In this document: one piece after another, positions 1 through 14,577 of the stretch
Layout of the letters: the number at the start of each line of letters is the position of its first letter
How positions within the stretch are numbered: the first letter of the stretch is position 1
Position numbers and translations under genes: made by a program
Source: Raillietiella orientalis
Lineage: Eukaryota
Length of the DNA stretch: 64,000 bases
Assembly: GCA_036172245.1 (NCBI GenBank)
Contig: JAYWIR010000003.1
Location: 4,216,001 to 4,280,000, forward strand
Direction of reading: 5' to 3'
Notes under the pieces: model-generated
What the model was told of the DNA's origin: nothing
What the model saw: only the letters and a program-made list of their open reading frames with translations
Databases searched by the model: none

Positions 1-32
1 CAGCGTTAGCGCTTTCGTACATGGATCTCAGC

Positions 33-950
33 TTTTTTTTTTTTTTTTTTTTATGACCACACACGCAATCTGCACTGCGGCTGAAGTTTGGCCGCTGCTT
101 GGCCTGTGTCATCCGCACATCGAGTCGTTAAAGTATTTCTTGGTGCGTGATTCTCGGTTTCTCGATTTCGGGAAGATGAAGTGGAATGAAGTGGACACTT
201 AAGATATCGTAAATATAAGTTTGCGGAGGTCTTAACGGCGGCTACAGCATTCCCCCTTGAGCTTATACAGAAGGAAAAGCAATGAAAACCACGAGGTTTT
301 GGAAACATGGAAAGTTCGCTGGCTGCTTTTCAGCCTTGGCAGGCCTCCCAGGATTTCTGCAAATGGTCCCTACATCGGCCAGATGTGGCGAGGAGCCCAG
401 GAAAAGGAAAAATCTCGTGTTTTGATCCCTCGAGCTCGAATCTCAAAATGGAACTCCTGTGGTAGAGACCGAGCTGCTCAGAAGTGAGAAGTCCTGGAAG
501 ACACATGCAATACAGTGGTGAGCAAAGCATTTCTTTTCGGGAGTTCTTTTTTTTTTTTTTTCTTTTTTTTGAACGAGGAATCAGAGTGAAAATTGTTAAG
601 GAGACACATCTGGATTTGAAATCCCTCGAGGATTCGATCTCTCTTAGCTTCTTAACGTGGCCGGCTTTCTCGTGCGGAAGTTTCAGTATCCGTTCCTGCA
701 AGTCCCTGGTTCCTCCTCCCAACGAGACCTCTTGAAAATTAATCCCGAAGAACGTGCATTTAGGGTTACCACAAGAGCACATTTGCTTTTCCAGAACAGC
801 TTGAAGCAAGAACGAGCTACACACGCATTAAATGACTTGATCGCTCAATCTCCGGAAGCAACCATAGCCATGGAAAGGTGGAAAACATTCGGAAATATTC
901 CTCTGTCGGCGGGTTCATTACTTTCCATTGGTACTTAGTTAAGTACACGA
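33..950 (-). mobile_element. Decayed 3' end of an L1/Tx1-like non-LTR retrotransposon with poly(A) tail
   Basis: Ordered relic motifs TFFGINF (KYLG-like), CLPG..EQLGL (PK..GGLGL-like) and CP...ETENH...C (CCHC-like), then 20 T on the + strand at 33-52. Confidence 0.5.
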
Positions 951-2299
951 ACGAATCCCACAATCATGCTGAATCGTATACAGCGATTACTTGCGGTAAG
1001 AGGACCTCTCTTCTTAGACGCCATGGTCTCATGGTGTCTCTAAGAAGTCCTCTTCCCGCTGCATCTTATTTGTTACTGTCGTGTGAGCAAACAGCGCGTG
1101 CCCTTCAACTTGCGAGTAGTGCTGAGCTCATCATAACTCATCGTAACTTGGCGAACGGGCACTTCGGATGGATACCCTTCACGTGCACACACTTACAGGT
1201 GTACGCACTGATCCTATGTGTTTCACTGGCAGTTGAGAGCGGGTCTTCATTCCAATTGACTGCGGAACCGCAAGCTCACGGTCCTCAACGTTGAGCGTGC
1301 TTGGGTCTGCCCATCGGTCCACCAAAGCACGCACGCAAAGGCGCAAGTGTTCATGTTGTGTGCATGTTCAGCTGCTGAAGAATATTAAGGACTCGCCTGA
1401 TAAGTGCTGTCATGCGGAATAATGGAAAGTATGAGACAAAAAAAAAAAAAAAAACGAAAGAGTAAAAAACTTCAAAGTAAAAAACTGCGTGAAAAAAACA
1501 AAAGCAAAAAGACAAAAGCGAAATATGCATTCGGGGATGGAGGCGTCTGGAATGTCGAAAGAATGCAGAAGCCACGGAGATAAGCTAAGGAGCACGAAGC
1601 TGAAAGTCATCGAAAGGAAATTGAAACAAATCAGTTGAAAGCAGCCGAAGAGCACAATCAAAACCAATATGATCTCTGACACTCCTGACACCCGGAAGTT
1701 CATGGGAATCGGAACAGGAAAGGAGGAAAGAAATGAGACGGGACGTTCCGCGAATCAACATTGCATTAGCACGCTTGAAGGCGGCGGCCCCTATACTTTA
1801 CCGAGCACGAAATATGCCATAATGGCACGCCCTGTGAGCACGTGAAGCAGCGGTGGGCAGCGTGCAGCCTCATGTGACCAAAAGGCGACCCGCCGCTGGG
1901 CTCGGGTGAGCTCACTCTCTCAGCAGAAGAGCCTGGTTTAAGTGAATGACGAAAACAGTCAGTAGGAGACAGGACACGGGACTCATCTTCCTTGAGTCCC
2001 AAACACTCGAAATCCTACGCACGAAAAAAACCAAACTGAATTTTTTCATAGCACAGTACATATACTTAACTGAATGGATGGTTTTCAAAGCACACGCCAA
2101 CGATGGCAGCGATGCTTCTCTTCGACGGAAACATCCCATAATGAGATCAGCAATTGATTCATGCATGTAAAAGTGTAGAGTGTATGAATGAGCAAACACA
2201 CGCAAAAAAGCGTGCACACATGCCGATATTACCTGGATAGATGACTGAATTTATGCTTAAAATGGCCATTCGTTTCGTTTATTTAAGTGTGCATAGAGG

Positions 2300-5130
2300 A
2301 TCCGTCCAGAAGAACACCTTGATGACGAGACATCTTTGAAGTATCTTGTTCTGTATGGGCTGGTAAGAGCAGTCTCTGTATCGGTTGGTGTGCATCTGCT
2401 TGGAAGGCTTGCGAGACGGACACGACGTCCTGCACTCGAACACTGCGTTTCATTCTGAAATTCGGTCGGGTGGCACCTCTGAGCCTTTTTTTTTCCCCTC
2501 CCCCCATCGGAAAAAATGCCGGAGCAGCGAAACTTGTGCCACCATTTCGAAGAACCTTCTGGAAGGCTCCTACAAGTAATTATAATGAAGCGAATTGGAA
2601 AGCTTGCATCGTTGTTGCTTCATTAAAATAAATGAAGGAACCGGAGTCTGCCTCGCTTCGTAAGCATCCTGCCTGTTGATCACTGCGAGCCGTTGAGGCA
2701 AAAAAGACTGCCCACCTCTGGTCTGAAGGATTGAGTTCCCCGCACGGGAAATGGTGGACCAGTGTGGAGGAAACAAAGCAGAATATGAAGCGGCTGTCGC
2801 ACTTTACGAAAACGGAGGCACCAATGGAATCTAAGCTATTGGACCAGCACCTCCTCCCAGTGACGTTTCAGTCAAGATGGTCTCTGAGAATGCGCGCGTC
2901 ACGTCTGTAAATTGAGAAAGAACGAATTGACATCAGGATTCCTGAAACGTCCAAGATGAATGCTTCGAAACGCTCCGCTCTTAGTGCTCGTGACCGGAAC
3001 TGAGCGATCCGCTGAGATGATCCTTATCGTCCGAACGCGGTGGCTGCGTCGTACCAATGCGATGTGAGGAATGGTTCTAGACACTTTTGGTGGGATCCTT
3101 TTCCCGGAGCGAGGTCAGCCCTGCAGACCCTTTCTTGAGATCCCAAGAGCTCAAGTCTCAGAAATTTTCTTCTCAAGGAAGGCAGGATCAGAACGACTGA
3201 AAATGGCAGCTTGAGATGTCCCGGTGTCTACAGATCGCCCTTTCCCTCCTCCGAAATTTCCAGGTTTTCCGCTCTCCTTCCAAATCCTGGAGACAGGATG
3301 CCTCTAGGTGAAGTCCCGGACGAAGGAACAACGAAAGAGTGAAGATCTCGAAGGTCTCGGGAAGCCGTCGCCATTATGGAGGAATCCCATGTTGTGACAT
3401 TTCTCTCGCCTCTAGTAGCCCTGCTTCCCTCTGATCCTCCCCTCGATGGACGAAGGAAGGGAGGAGAACCTTGACTCTTCTGGACCCATCTTGCAAGAAG
3501 CTGCTTCCGTTACCATCCGGAAGAGAAGCCTGCGGCGCTTCAGGGACTTTGCTAACTGCTGCTCGTGTGCTCGCTACCGACTTGTGAACACAGAGTTTCT
3601 GGAGGGAGTACTCCGGAGAGAGAGGAAGCGGATGATCAGGAGCGGAAAACGGTAGTCATGGCTGCATGACACGGAAGCTGCAAGCTCTGCTTTTGTTGTC
3701 GCTGTTTTCAATAAGATCGCTCCTGAAGTTATTCCTCCCAGCTGCTACTCCGGGAAAGGAACCCTTCACTGGCAGAGCTACGGAAGAACCTTGCGCTTCA
3801 TGAGCATTCTTTGGACACATCATCTCTGGCTTCGAGTATCTCTCCAGAGTGTAGCAGACTAAGACTAGGGACTTGCACTTTCGCTCTGAGCACTGCTCGA
3901 ATGTTGCAGTTGCCTTGAACCGTCTACTGCTCTTTGCCACCTCTCCTCTCCTCTTCCTCTTCTCTACACCCTTCTGCTTCTTTGCTATCTCTTCCTCTCC
4001 CATCTTCTTCACTCCCTGCTCCTCCCCGTTCTTCCTCATCCGCATCCGCGGTTCGCAGGATGAGAAGAGGTTAGGATTTCGCCTGTCTCCTCCCGTTTTC
4101 CTCACGTCTCACGAGATCCTCCTCTGTCCTGTGAGCATCATCCCCACGTCAGAGTAAATCCAGCATATCATTGGAATTCCGGGACGGGAGCAGATGCGCG
4201 CCGGGGGCATGGAATCCCTGCGCGAGGAGAGAGGCGGCCATTGGCGCACGTTGATGTAGTCGAGATGGCTAGCTGAACTCAGAGGAGGAAAAGGCGGAGG
4301 AGCACACACACAAAGAGGGAGAGTTGCAATGGGTCGCCTGACTGTTGGAGGGTATCCCAGCAGAAGTTGCTGCACCACTGCGGACGTTGCAGTGCAGGTT
4401 GCCGGGCGATGGGACGACCTCGAAGAATGGCTGCGGGATGGCGGGCGGTTGTACGAGGATGCGGACGGTGATAGCGTCGTTGAATGACTAGGGGGGGAAC
4501 GTGAGACCTGAACCACTGGCGGCAAAGACGAAGACACCACCACGATGTGACCTTGTCTATCTTGCTTGAGGAGGAGGCAGCTTGATCATATGGTCATGGA
4601 GGTTAGGGTCCGAAAATACTGAGACATTCCCGCTCCATGATCCTTTCCGCATTCTTTCATGGGAGCCCCAAGGAACAGAATCTTAGAAAAAAAAAGTCTT
4701 AAGAGGGAAACCATTCTGAGAGCTACGGAAGCAAGGAAGAGAGACGTTGCTTCTACTCTTGGAAGAAGAACTCTTCCTTTCTGGTATGGAGCATCTTGTA
4801 TTCCCTGAAGATCTCTCTGGACCTTTCTTACCCTTCGGCTCAAGGGAACACAAATTTCAGCGAAACAAGGACTAAAAGGAGCTCAAGAAGGTGCAACGTA
4901 GAAGGTGGTGACCAATTTCCGTTGCTTCCAGCCTCTTTTTCTTCTTCCTCGCCATCCGTAAGTGACGCTGCACTGCCTTGATCCCTGTTTCTCCTGGGGG
5001 ATGACCTTCTTATGTGGCAGCGAGATCGAGAGAGCATCTTGAACGGCAGCAGCGAGATTGTCGAGCAGCGAAAGAAGCTGCTCCACTTGATAGTCGTGAG
5101 AAGGAAGGGTGGGGGCTCGCGCCTCCATTG
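2300..5130 (-). mobile_element. Decayed L1/Tx1-like ORF2 (endonuclease to RT); boundaries approximate
   Basis: Ordered relics ILFLG, SHLDYINV (SRLDY), SLPDG..SFLQ (SPGPDG..EFY), KGDL and QRLAVIN across frameshifts and stops. Confidence 0.5.
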
Positions 5131-8100
5131 TCCCTACGTCACTCCCGTCACCCCTACGTCACCTCGCACTTCTTTTCCTCCGCCTCCGTCCCTCCTTTTC
5201 ACTTCTTTCTTTCTTCCTCCTCGATGAATCTCACGGGTGGTGGCACCTTGCTGTTTGCGAGGAGGTGCATGGAGTCGAGGAAGCCCTTCTGCTGGTGGTC
5301 TTCCCCTCTGAAACCTAAGAAACTCCGTGTGCGTGCATGCGTGCGTGTATTTTTTTTGCGTGCTACTTGCGCGCACATCTCGGCACGCTCTGGGGATGTC
5401 GTTTTCTCCCCAGCAGCGCCGCACGCGGCTTCCAGATCATGATAACTTCCAACGGTGGCGCACGTGCCAAAAAAAAAAAACCTTTAGCGTTTTGGTAACA
5501 GCTCGACGAGAAGCTATGAGTAACGTGACCGCAAACAGTATGGAGGTCACGTCTCCAGCGGATCCAGGAGGGCGTCTACCCATAAATTGAGTTAGACTGA
5601 TCCGTCCATATTCTGAGAGGAAACTTCGGAGAAGACATTCCTCTTTCTAAGATGGGATGTGGGGTTCTAGCGGAAACGAAGAGTTGCCTTGTATAGGTGC
5701 GAGGATTCGGGAGATTTCAATCTGATGTGCTCCTGAGCTCTCCATTTCACTTTCCGCGTGTCCCAGACCCCTGCTCTCCCAGTTCTGCTATCGAGGTCTT
5801 CCCCTATAGGGCACATCAGACGTTCGGAAAGAACCAATAGACATCTTTGGCTCCCGGAATGGCAGGATGCCTCATTTGAAGCGCTGGTTCCCGAAATGTC
5901 CGTGATGAGGGTCTCGTGAGTCAGTACGATCAGTCTTTCGTGCAAGCAGGTCGGAGTCCTCTCTCAAGATCAGTTTGGCACTCATTCATCTAGGTCTTTT
6001 GAGTCCTGGGGCATGAAGGCGATTCTGAGGCCATTGCTGACGCGGAAGGAAGATTCGGGCTTGCTAATGACTGCAGGTTCTTCTGGCTGCTTGGGGGGTA
6101 GCAGACCACGCGCCGGCATCCAGCATATTCGAGAGGTCGTAACGGCTCGCTCACGGTACACTAAGGTGGTCTCATCTCTCGTGGGTGCAGCATGCTGTCC
6201 ACACTCATGGAGCACCCTACATCTCAAGCAATTCCGGAGGCGAAACAACCGTTCAAGTGATGCCGTCTTGTGAATGCGTTTTTGGAAAGCTGCCTCGCGG
6301 ACGCGGCTGGGCTTCCTTTCATCCACTCAACGTTGCTGATCTCGTAGCCGAGGGAGAAAGAGCATGAGGACAAGAAGCAGAGGCATCCCATGTCTCGCAT
6401 GAGAGCGATCGATATGCCGGTTGCAGGGTCACCCTTTGCGTTCCAAAGTCTTTCGATGCTGAGCGTGTGACGAAAGGACGCCGCCACTCAGCACCCGGAA
6501 TGGAGCTTGCCGCGAAAAGGGGGAAAAAGGGAGGAAAGGGAAGTGGGAAAGGTGGGATTCGCTTGACGAAGGTAACTTTAGTAGACCTCATCTCGGTATT
6601 TCAGGAAACTGCTTCCAGGACGCGCAGTTCCTGCAAACTCTCTCTAGAGACTACCGGAGGATCACTCACCTGCTTCTCCGGAATTGGTGGTACAGAAGAG
6701 GCCAGCAAGCAGAGGTGCGTGATTTTTTTTAATCAAAGCATCCGTCTCCGCTGCGCGCACTCCTTGTGGGTGGGCGCCGATGAGCCCAGGGACCGAGGTT
6801 TTTCAGGAAAGCACGCTCCGGAGTCTTCCCATCAACGCACACCACCCCTTTCCTTACAATGGTCCTGCCCTGTGATGCGCTGCGGTTTGTTCGCTTACGC
6901 ATCGCAGTTTGCGGGCAACGAGAGCAGGCAGCAGCAGCCCGTCTGGAATTCGCAGCCGGTATCACGCCAGCGAAACCTCCTGGGACGTGCGTCCCAGGCA
7001 GGGAAGACTCCGTCCAAGGACGGGAAGCCCTTCCGCGTCCGGTCAAAGGGCAACGGCGGGAAAGAAACGCCCCTGTCCCGGAGAAGGGGCCTGTGCTCCC
7101 CCCCCTCGTCCAATCTCATCCCCTTCCCCACGTCCGACTTGATTTACAATTTGTCTAATATCTTGTCCCCGTACCTTCTTCTCCCCCCTCCCTCCCTCCA
7201 CTCATCAGAGACCCTGATCTTTCTGATGCCCTGCCGGACGTTTCCCTGCAGGAAGCTTGCTCGCCCATTCCAGGAGGGGAGGACTGGAACAAAGGCTTTG
7301 TTTTCTCGTCGGAAAAAAAAAAAAAAAAAATTCCCTCGCCCCGTCGCAAACACCCGGGACAATGAGGACTTACCCGGCGAGGATTCGAGCTAATGACCCG
7401 CTCTCCTGTCAAAGATCGGTAGCCAAGAAGAGGAGAAAAGGAAAACGAAGGGCTCCCAACAAGTCTCCCAACAGGAGGCTCCGTTCTTCTCGAACGTTCA
7501 GGTGGAGGGGAAGTCACCTTTGGGTGAGGGCTGATGAGCAGCGGAAGCGACCCACTCTCCAGACGTACGCCGGCGGTGGTAGTTACGAGTTGTGGGAGCC
7601 TTCCGTGGGTCTTTTCGCTCCACCCCATCTTGTTTCCAGAGAGGCACACCAAGGAAGTCTCGTTCGGGTGGGACACAGTCTGCCTCGGGACGGCGTCGGG
7701 AGTCTTCCTCTTTCTGTCGAGTGTCTCGATTCCCTTCAGGCATAACCCCAGGATCCATTTTCATACCTTTTCACTTTTTCTTTTTTTTTTTTTTTCCACC
7801 CCTTTTCGGCTTCGTCATCATCGGATATGTGGCGCGAGCAGCTTCCAGTTCATTCCGCCCGCTTGTCTGAAACACTGTTCAGCTGTGCACTCCGGAGTCG
7901 GAGGGGACCCAACCAGCTCATGAGCGAACAGCAAGACGCAGTCAGGGATCCGAGCTCGGGCATCGGAAGGGGGCAACCGAGGAAGAGAGGCAACTTGGAA
8001 GGCCATCGCCTGAGATGGAACTCGAGTCGGATGGAACCCTGAACAAAAGTCATCACCGCCGCCACCTCCATTTTCCGACGTGAGTCAGCGAGACCGCGGA

Positions 8101-8760
8101 TGAGTCGATACGAGATGACACGGGTCGGCAAGACTGAAAGGAAGGCGTCGTGGTTCAAATCCGAATGCAAAGATGACTCTGATGGATTTTTCCGGCCGTT
8201 GAGCCAACAACAGCGATTCAAAAGATCGTGGATGCATCATCCAATCGCAACATCCGTATCCACGGGCAACGCGTCTCTTCCCACCAGCCTAGGATGAGAT
8301 GTGCGGTGTCTAAGTCGTGGTGCGCAGCTTACGCGAGAACCGTAACGAACGCCCTACGCAGCATTCAATCACTGAAAAATCCGGGAGCTCAAACTGGCCA
8401 GGCCAAGGTACATTGAATTGGGTTCGGGTCTTTCAGATGGCTTCCTATTATTTGTCGGCTCAATAACGAGGCTGTTAAGCTTACATCCGAGGGTTTTTAT
8501 ACGCAGTTATGTGGCAGCGCTCAGTAAGTATCGCTCCGGCCAACGTATTTCTCATAATTGTAAAAATCATCGGCAATCTGTCGAACACGCTCGCATCCCG
8601 GTGCCCGTGTTTGTGTGAGGCTATCTTTGTGGCAGTGTTCCACGAAGATAGTGGTGCATGTGAGCTGTATTTAGCATGTATTTAGCTGCACTCTGGGTTG
8701 CGAAGGACAGGAGAAAACCGAAAAAAAAAAAAAAAGTGATGAGCGGATGTGATGAGCAGT

Positions 8761-8786
8761 CACACACACACACACACACACACACA
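8761..8786. repeat. (CA)n microsatellite
   Basis: Direct reading. Confidence 0.95.
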
Positions 8787-9278
8787 AAACGTGTTTGTAA
8801 AATTCCTACGTCACGGGTGGCACGCATGCTGGTCTGCCACGTTTGTTCAAGAGCACTGGCATGCTCTTCCCTTCCGTGTTCACCGTGGTGTCAATATCGA
8901 GCCATGGCAGAATTGATGCACAGTAGCATCCGTACGTACTTTGCAACGGTTCGCAATAGGCACGTACAGATGCACACCCATTATCCCCACGTATCCCCAT
9001 GTAATGGGTGTAATTGCACGCACGTACTTTCGCTCGTTCGCGCGTTCCTCCGTCCCACGTCCGAGCGCATCGCACGATCTTCTCGTCTTACGATTTTCAA
9101 CGTTTTAAGTGGGTGAAGGGGGAAGGAAGACTGTATTCCCGGTCGTGTTCTCTGCTTTCCGTGAATCAATCTCTCTCGCGTGTGCGTGTGTGCTTCTCAA
9201 TTCACGTGCCACCACCACCTCCTACCGGACAGGGCGGAGCCTTCACTCGCGAAACCAAAGCTGAAAGACAGAACCAAA

Positions 9279-9311
9279 CACACACACATACACACACACA
9301 CACACACACAC
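9279..9311. repeat. (CA)n microsatellite
   Basis: Direct reading; one interruption. Confidence 0.95.
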
Positions 9312-11399
9312 GAAAGCTGTTCGCGCTCGGTCTTTCCTCCCTTTGATTTCTAGCCAATGGGGGTTCCACCGCAAGCGACGCAACTCTTTTGTTTCTCCCG
9401 AAGTTTCTCCGGGCACGGGAAAGCCACGGGCACCACCATTCCGTGTTCGCGGAAACCCATCTCGCGCACGTTCCGCTAACGGAGCGTTTTTTCAGGGAGT
9501 GCTGCTCCCCTCGGGACAATCATTTCATCCCATTTTGTTTTTCCATCGGCTCCGGGGGGACTTTGTCGCCGCTCAGCTTGGACGTTTACGTGAGCCACAA
9601 CGACTTTCCCAAGGGTTGAATTTCGCTTCTCGGAGCATCACAGAAAGCCTGCTTTTTTTTTTTTTCTTTTCTCTTCCTGTGATCTTCCGTGCACTTGCTG
9701 CACTCTGGGAGCTTACCGTTCTATCTCCAAGGATACCTTCTTTGCAATTCTAGCGCTCCTTCTTTTCTGCCACGAGTGAGTACCTTTTTCTCATGTAAAG
9801 CAAAGATTGCTCCTAAAGATATCTCCGTTTCTTCTGCTCGAAGTTAAGGAGGTCCAACTTTTTCGCTGCAGAGGAAAGGATCCATCGATTGGCCGAGTGC
9901 GTCAGACCTTCGTCAGCCACACAGCTCGTGTCGCGAATGTCACACACGCCCTGAATTTCAGGGCGGACATGGGGATTTCGGGAATCGCGGAATCGTCCTC
10001 GCAGTCTCAGAGGGGCTCACTCGAGCAGTTGTCGGAGCTGAGCGGTCGCAGGCAAACGTGCATCCAGCAGGTAGGTACGATTATGGCACCGAAGTAGGAA
10101 GTAGGTCGAAAGCTTTTACTTCTGAAGCAAGAGCGAGAATTGCTGTCAGCACCAAGGCGCAAGACATTTCAGGGAAAGAACGGTAATACTCGAGAATTTT
10201 CGATGATGGAGGGAAAGGTCCCGTAGGCAGATAGCAAAGAACTGCTCCCTTTCCTGCAGAAATGGGTGGCTCCCGTTTTCCTCCGTCTGACGGGAGCTCG
10301 CTTTTTTTCCGATTACGAAGTCAGATGTGTTGCAGGGTCCATTATGCACAGTGCCTATCCCCCTTCCCCTCTCAAAGAAAGCACAGGGCAGCAGCCAGGG
10401 CAAGAGAGAACTGGGCGACCCTTTGGAGTCATGCGGTCGAGAGGCCAAGCTTCACAAACGTCGATTTCTTTGGTGGTTTTCCAAACCAAAAACACGTCCC
10501 GCATGCGAGTGAACGTGACTCCGCATCAGCAGCAGACAGCAGTTTTCCGGATAGCAACAAAAGAGCATCACGCCTGGCGTTACAAGCTGCGGAAGGCAGT
10601 TCCTCCGGAAGATCGAAGCTGCCCAGAGGATTACAGCAAAGCCGCACGGTGCGCTCGCGTCGAGGAGGCAGCACCGGGCGGGTTTCCAGCAGTCGATCCG
10701 GAAGGGGTAGCAGCGCGTCCGTAGAGCAGCGTTCGAGATGGGTGCTAGCGGCATTCCTCTCTATTTTTCGCTTTCTAGCCTTCAGTTCCGAGCGGCTGGT
10801 CCGGGACTATCGCAGTCTTTTCTCTCGAGTCTCTCTCGCGCGCTGCACGCAGAACGGGAGAGCGCGTGAGGAACACCGAGGTGGCTGCAAAGGGTAAGTT
10901 GACAAGAGGAGTTCCCGAGGCGTCAAGTCGCGATCGAGTGATTTGGTTGGTGGGAGGCTGTGTTTACAGTTAAGCGCGTGCGGGGAAGCGCCGTAAACCT
11001 GACCGACCGCCTCAGTGCATCGGCAGCGAGAGGGCACCCTGCCCAACCCGTCGTCGTAGGTTTGAGTGTGCACTGCGGTTCGATCCAGTCAAACTCCCGG
11101 GAAGAAGTGTTTTCTCTGCAGGGAGAAATTCGTGGTGCACGCTTCCCAAGTTTGTGGAGGAGAGGGGATGTTTTTTTTTCCAGTCGATGGAGTTGTGGTC
11201 GGAGTGGCGTGCAAAGTTTCGGGAGGGGGAATATCCGGGCGCCAGCGATGCACAAAAACCGAGGACCTTGGCGCTTTGCACGAGCAGCATCAGCAAGCTC
11301 GTCCCGAGTCGCAGTCACAAGTTTTTCGTACTTTCTTTTTTACTAGTTAGCGCGGAAAATCTACCGCGAGATGCCGTTGCAATGAACTCCAGTTGTCGG

Positions 11400-12300
11400 G
11401 AGTTCCCTGTAGTGATGACTGTTAGGGAAGGGTCATTTGCGCATCGCTTCCAGAACGTCCAGTAAAAACCACTTGGACAACGGCCCGTATCCCATTTCAC
11501 GAGCCGTTATTTGTCGTGGATGCTCCTGTCAACACTTCTGCTGTGCTCTTCCCGCATACGGGTTGAACTTATGGCTGGTACGGAGGCTGGAAAAAGCATT
11601 GTGATACTCTCAAAGAGAAGAAAGACTTCATGTCAGTGCTCAAGCAGACATAGTTTTCGCATCATCCCAAAGGCCTGCCAAGAAATTTCCGGCGCCAGGG
11701 TCATTCTCAGAATACTCCAGGAATGTTCCCATAAGAACCCTCAAAGAAAGCGAGATCTGTTTATTCTCTCTTCTGACTCCATCCTTTTCTGTAGAGTTTC
11801 TTTTCTTTTCTTTTGCTTTCTTTCTCTTCTTTTATGAAAGATGCCACTGGCAGGTGCGTTGCAATGCGGGCTTCGTGGTTCATGCAGCCACACCATCGCA
11901 GTTTCTCCTGTCTTCCCTTTTATCTGGCTTTCACATCTTTCTTGCGCACTTTTATTTTTGGAACGAGGGAAGAGACCATCTTGGAAGATCTCTCCCCTCT
12001 TTTCAAAGGGGAAATGATCCTTTCGTATCCACTGCTCCCAGGATGGGACCCTCTCCTCTGCTAGTGTGTCCCAGTGGCTCTTTCTCAAGATCTTTGCCGT
12101 CCCGCACTGGCATTCCCTTTCTCCTCCCAAGTTTCCGCTTCACCGCTGGGTCCCCATCTTCTGATGGAGGAGCAAGAACCCATTAGAATCTCCCCGTGGG
12201 CATATGCCAGCGGATGTTTTCTGTCTTCCAGTACGCGCCTCTGCCTGCTAGGTCACTTGGCAGCGGAGGGTGCCTCCGACAAGGGTCTATTCCTCTTTCT
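11400..12300 (+). mobile_element. Decayed L1/Tx1-like RT/post-RT fragment
   Basis: QEISGARVI (FxxxSGxKIN-like) followed by FLRTFIFG...LSPLFKGE (FLW...LPKxxGG-like). Confidence 0.45.
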
Positions 12301-14534
12301 CCCTCCTCTACCCGTTTTTTCTCTACATCCGGTGGGGGAGTGAGTTCTCTAGGCCTGCTTTACCCTTCCCCCTCTCTCCCAGCTCGCAGAACCCTGCGAG
12401 AAGCAGCAGCAGCTGCAGTAGGGCCCGCTGTGTTTCGCGGGGCTCCCCTTCCACTCGTGCCAGAGACTCCGGTGAAAGCGCTTTAGCCGTTCCTCGTGAC
12501 AGAGAGCGCGTGGTCGGGCAGCAGAGTTAATGGTAATGGGATCTCGCTGACAGGGGCTCCACCCGTGCTGGATGCGCGCAGGCTTGCTTCCAGCCGGCGC
12601 GCTCCTCGAGTGCTTCTGGCGCCAGGTCGCACCTCTTCGGAGATTTCCTCAGTAGAGACGCACATACCTTCCCTCCCCTTTCTGAGGACCTCAGGAAGGG
12701 GATGTGTGTGTGTCTGGGGAGGGGGAGGGGGTACGAGAGATAGTGAGTCCCCGGAGGCGCTTTCCTAACTCCTTTCCTTACGACTTTATGATACACTTAA
12801 AGAGGGACTCTTTCTGAGCTCCTTTCCTTTCATAATCGTCCATCGACCCTCCAAGATGGAGGACACCCGAAGGGTGCATCTCCCTCTGGACCATGTCCTT
12901 CTTTCCTCTTTCCCTGATCCCGAGTGTTGCTTCCTGGGGAACGGAATGACCCCTTTTTCCTTCGCTTGGAGCCAACTAGAAGCTTCTCTCTTCGTTTCTC
13001 CTTCAGGAAAGTGGACTACGGCTTCGCGCACCTCTCCTCCTCCCCTATTCCTTTCTATTCCTCTATTTCTCCCCCCATCCTATTCCTTCCTTGCCTTCCT
13101 CGTGGTCCTCGAGTCCAGGGGAATTGCAACGTGGAAATGCAGAAGGGGGAGGGGGAGAGAAGGCCCTTTCTCGTTCCCTTTCCCCTCCCATCTCCTTCCG
13201 ATTCTCGGAAGGGCGAGACGGGCGGGCGGAGAAGTAGGGCGGGAGGCAGCGAGGAGGTTTCGGATTTCGGGAATTCGTCACGCCGAATCTCGAGGCCTCC
13301 CTTCCTCTGATCTCCTCTTCTCCCTCCTCCCCCTTCCTTCCCGGGGCTTCGCTCTTCGACCGGGGTCCCCTCGGCATCCGCCGCCTCAGCCAGGCGCGCG
13401 TGCATCCTGTCCAGGGCGTGGACGGGCCTCGGTGGTGGGACCTCCTGGAGTGCTTAACTGCCGCGCGTACGGAGGAGGTCGGCTGCCTGCTCCACCTGAA
13501 GACGTAAATCCCGGCCTCCTCCGGAGACAGGCGTGCATCCTTTTCGGATGTGAGAACAATGGAGGGAGGAAGGGACAGGTGGTCAGCGGCCTTCCGACGG
13601 CAGAAGCGAAGGAGAGTGTGCGCGCTCGATGATGATGAGGACGGCGGCGGCGCATCCGGCTACAGGAGCGAGAGGGGGGCGTTGGCGGCTAAGGCTGAGG
13701 GGCTGTCTCCCTTCCGCTCCCTACTTTCGGCCGGGAGTTTCCCTCCTGGCACCGAGGAAGAGAGGAGGTGCATGAGTACATTGTTTACTCAGCCTTCTCT
13801 CACATCTCTAGAAGAGAAGTGGAGAAGGAAGGTGACGCCCCCTCAGGCCAGGGGATCCCAAATAACCTCATATCTGCCCCGATCAGAAATGAAAGCACCT
13901 AGGTCTGGCGAGGAAGAGTAGGGGGATGGGACGAGGGAAAGTGACTGGGACTTCTCATTTTCATAGAGTCAAACTTGGGTGGCAGTGGACCGTCCTCTCA
14001 GTCTGCAACCTGCCTTGTGCCCCGGGGTCTGCTTCGTCCTCCTCTTTTCCCCTTTCTTCTCCTTGTCCATCGGTCAGAGCTGAAAGCAGGAACTAAGAGA
14101 GGAGCTGCTAGCCAGACAATCCGACCTGGTCGACCTCCACTTTGTGCCCACTCTCCTGCCCCAAGGCTGCCCTTTCCACGCTCAACACTCCGCGGACGGC
14201 AAGTGCCGTCGCCAGAAACTTCGCAGGACTCTGGTCCTTCGGCCTTTTCCGGCGGAAGAACTCCGAGTGCGTGACCGCCTTCCATCCTCTCCCTTTCCCC
14301 GCACTGGCTCATGGGGCTCACCAGGAAGCCGTTTTCCGGCGACAGGAGGCGGTGCCGCAAGTAGAGCTCCCTGAGACGGCGGAACGCTCCGCCTGTCCTC
14401 CCCCTTCTGTCTGCGGGGTGACCTGCCAGGCGGCATGTTGAGCAGTGACGATTAACCTCCGAAGGCGTTTGGATGTCGGCAAGCCTTGTCTTCCTGAGAG
14501 CGGACAGATTCACGCCATGCTCTTTCTCGCGCGC

Positions 14535-14577
14535 GCACGCATGCACACACGCACGCACGCACGCACGCACACACACA
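14535..14577. repeat. (GCAC)n/(CA)n compound microsatellite
   Basis: Direct reading. Confidence 0.85.

Noticed and set aside
5600..6700. Possible LINE ORF1 upstream of the 2300-5130 relic, and a possible further relic at about 35700-36900
   Set aside because: Motif similarity is too weak to support by eye; it needs a profile search.
9622..9634. TCGCTTCTCGG resembling the U2 start (also near 52779)
   Set aside because: The match ends after about 11 nt with no TSD, which is expected by chance.
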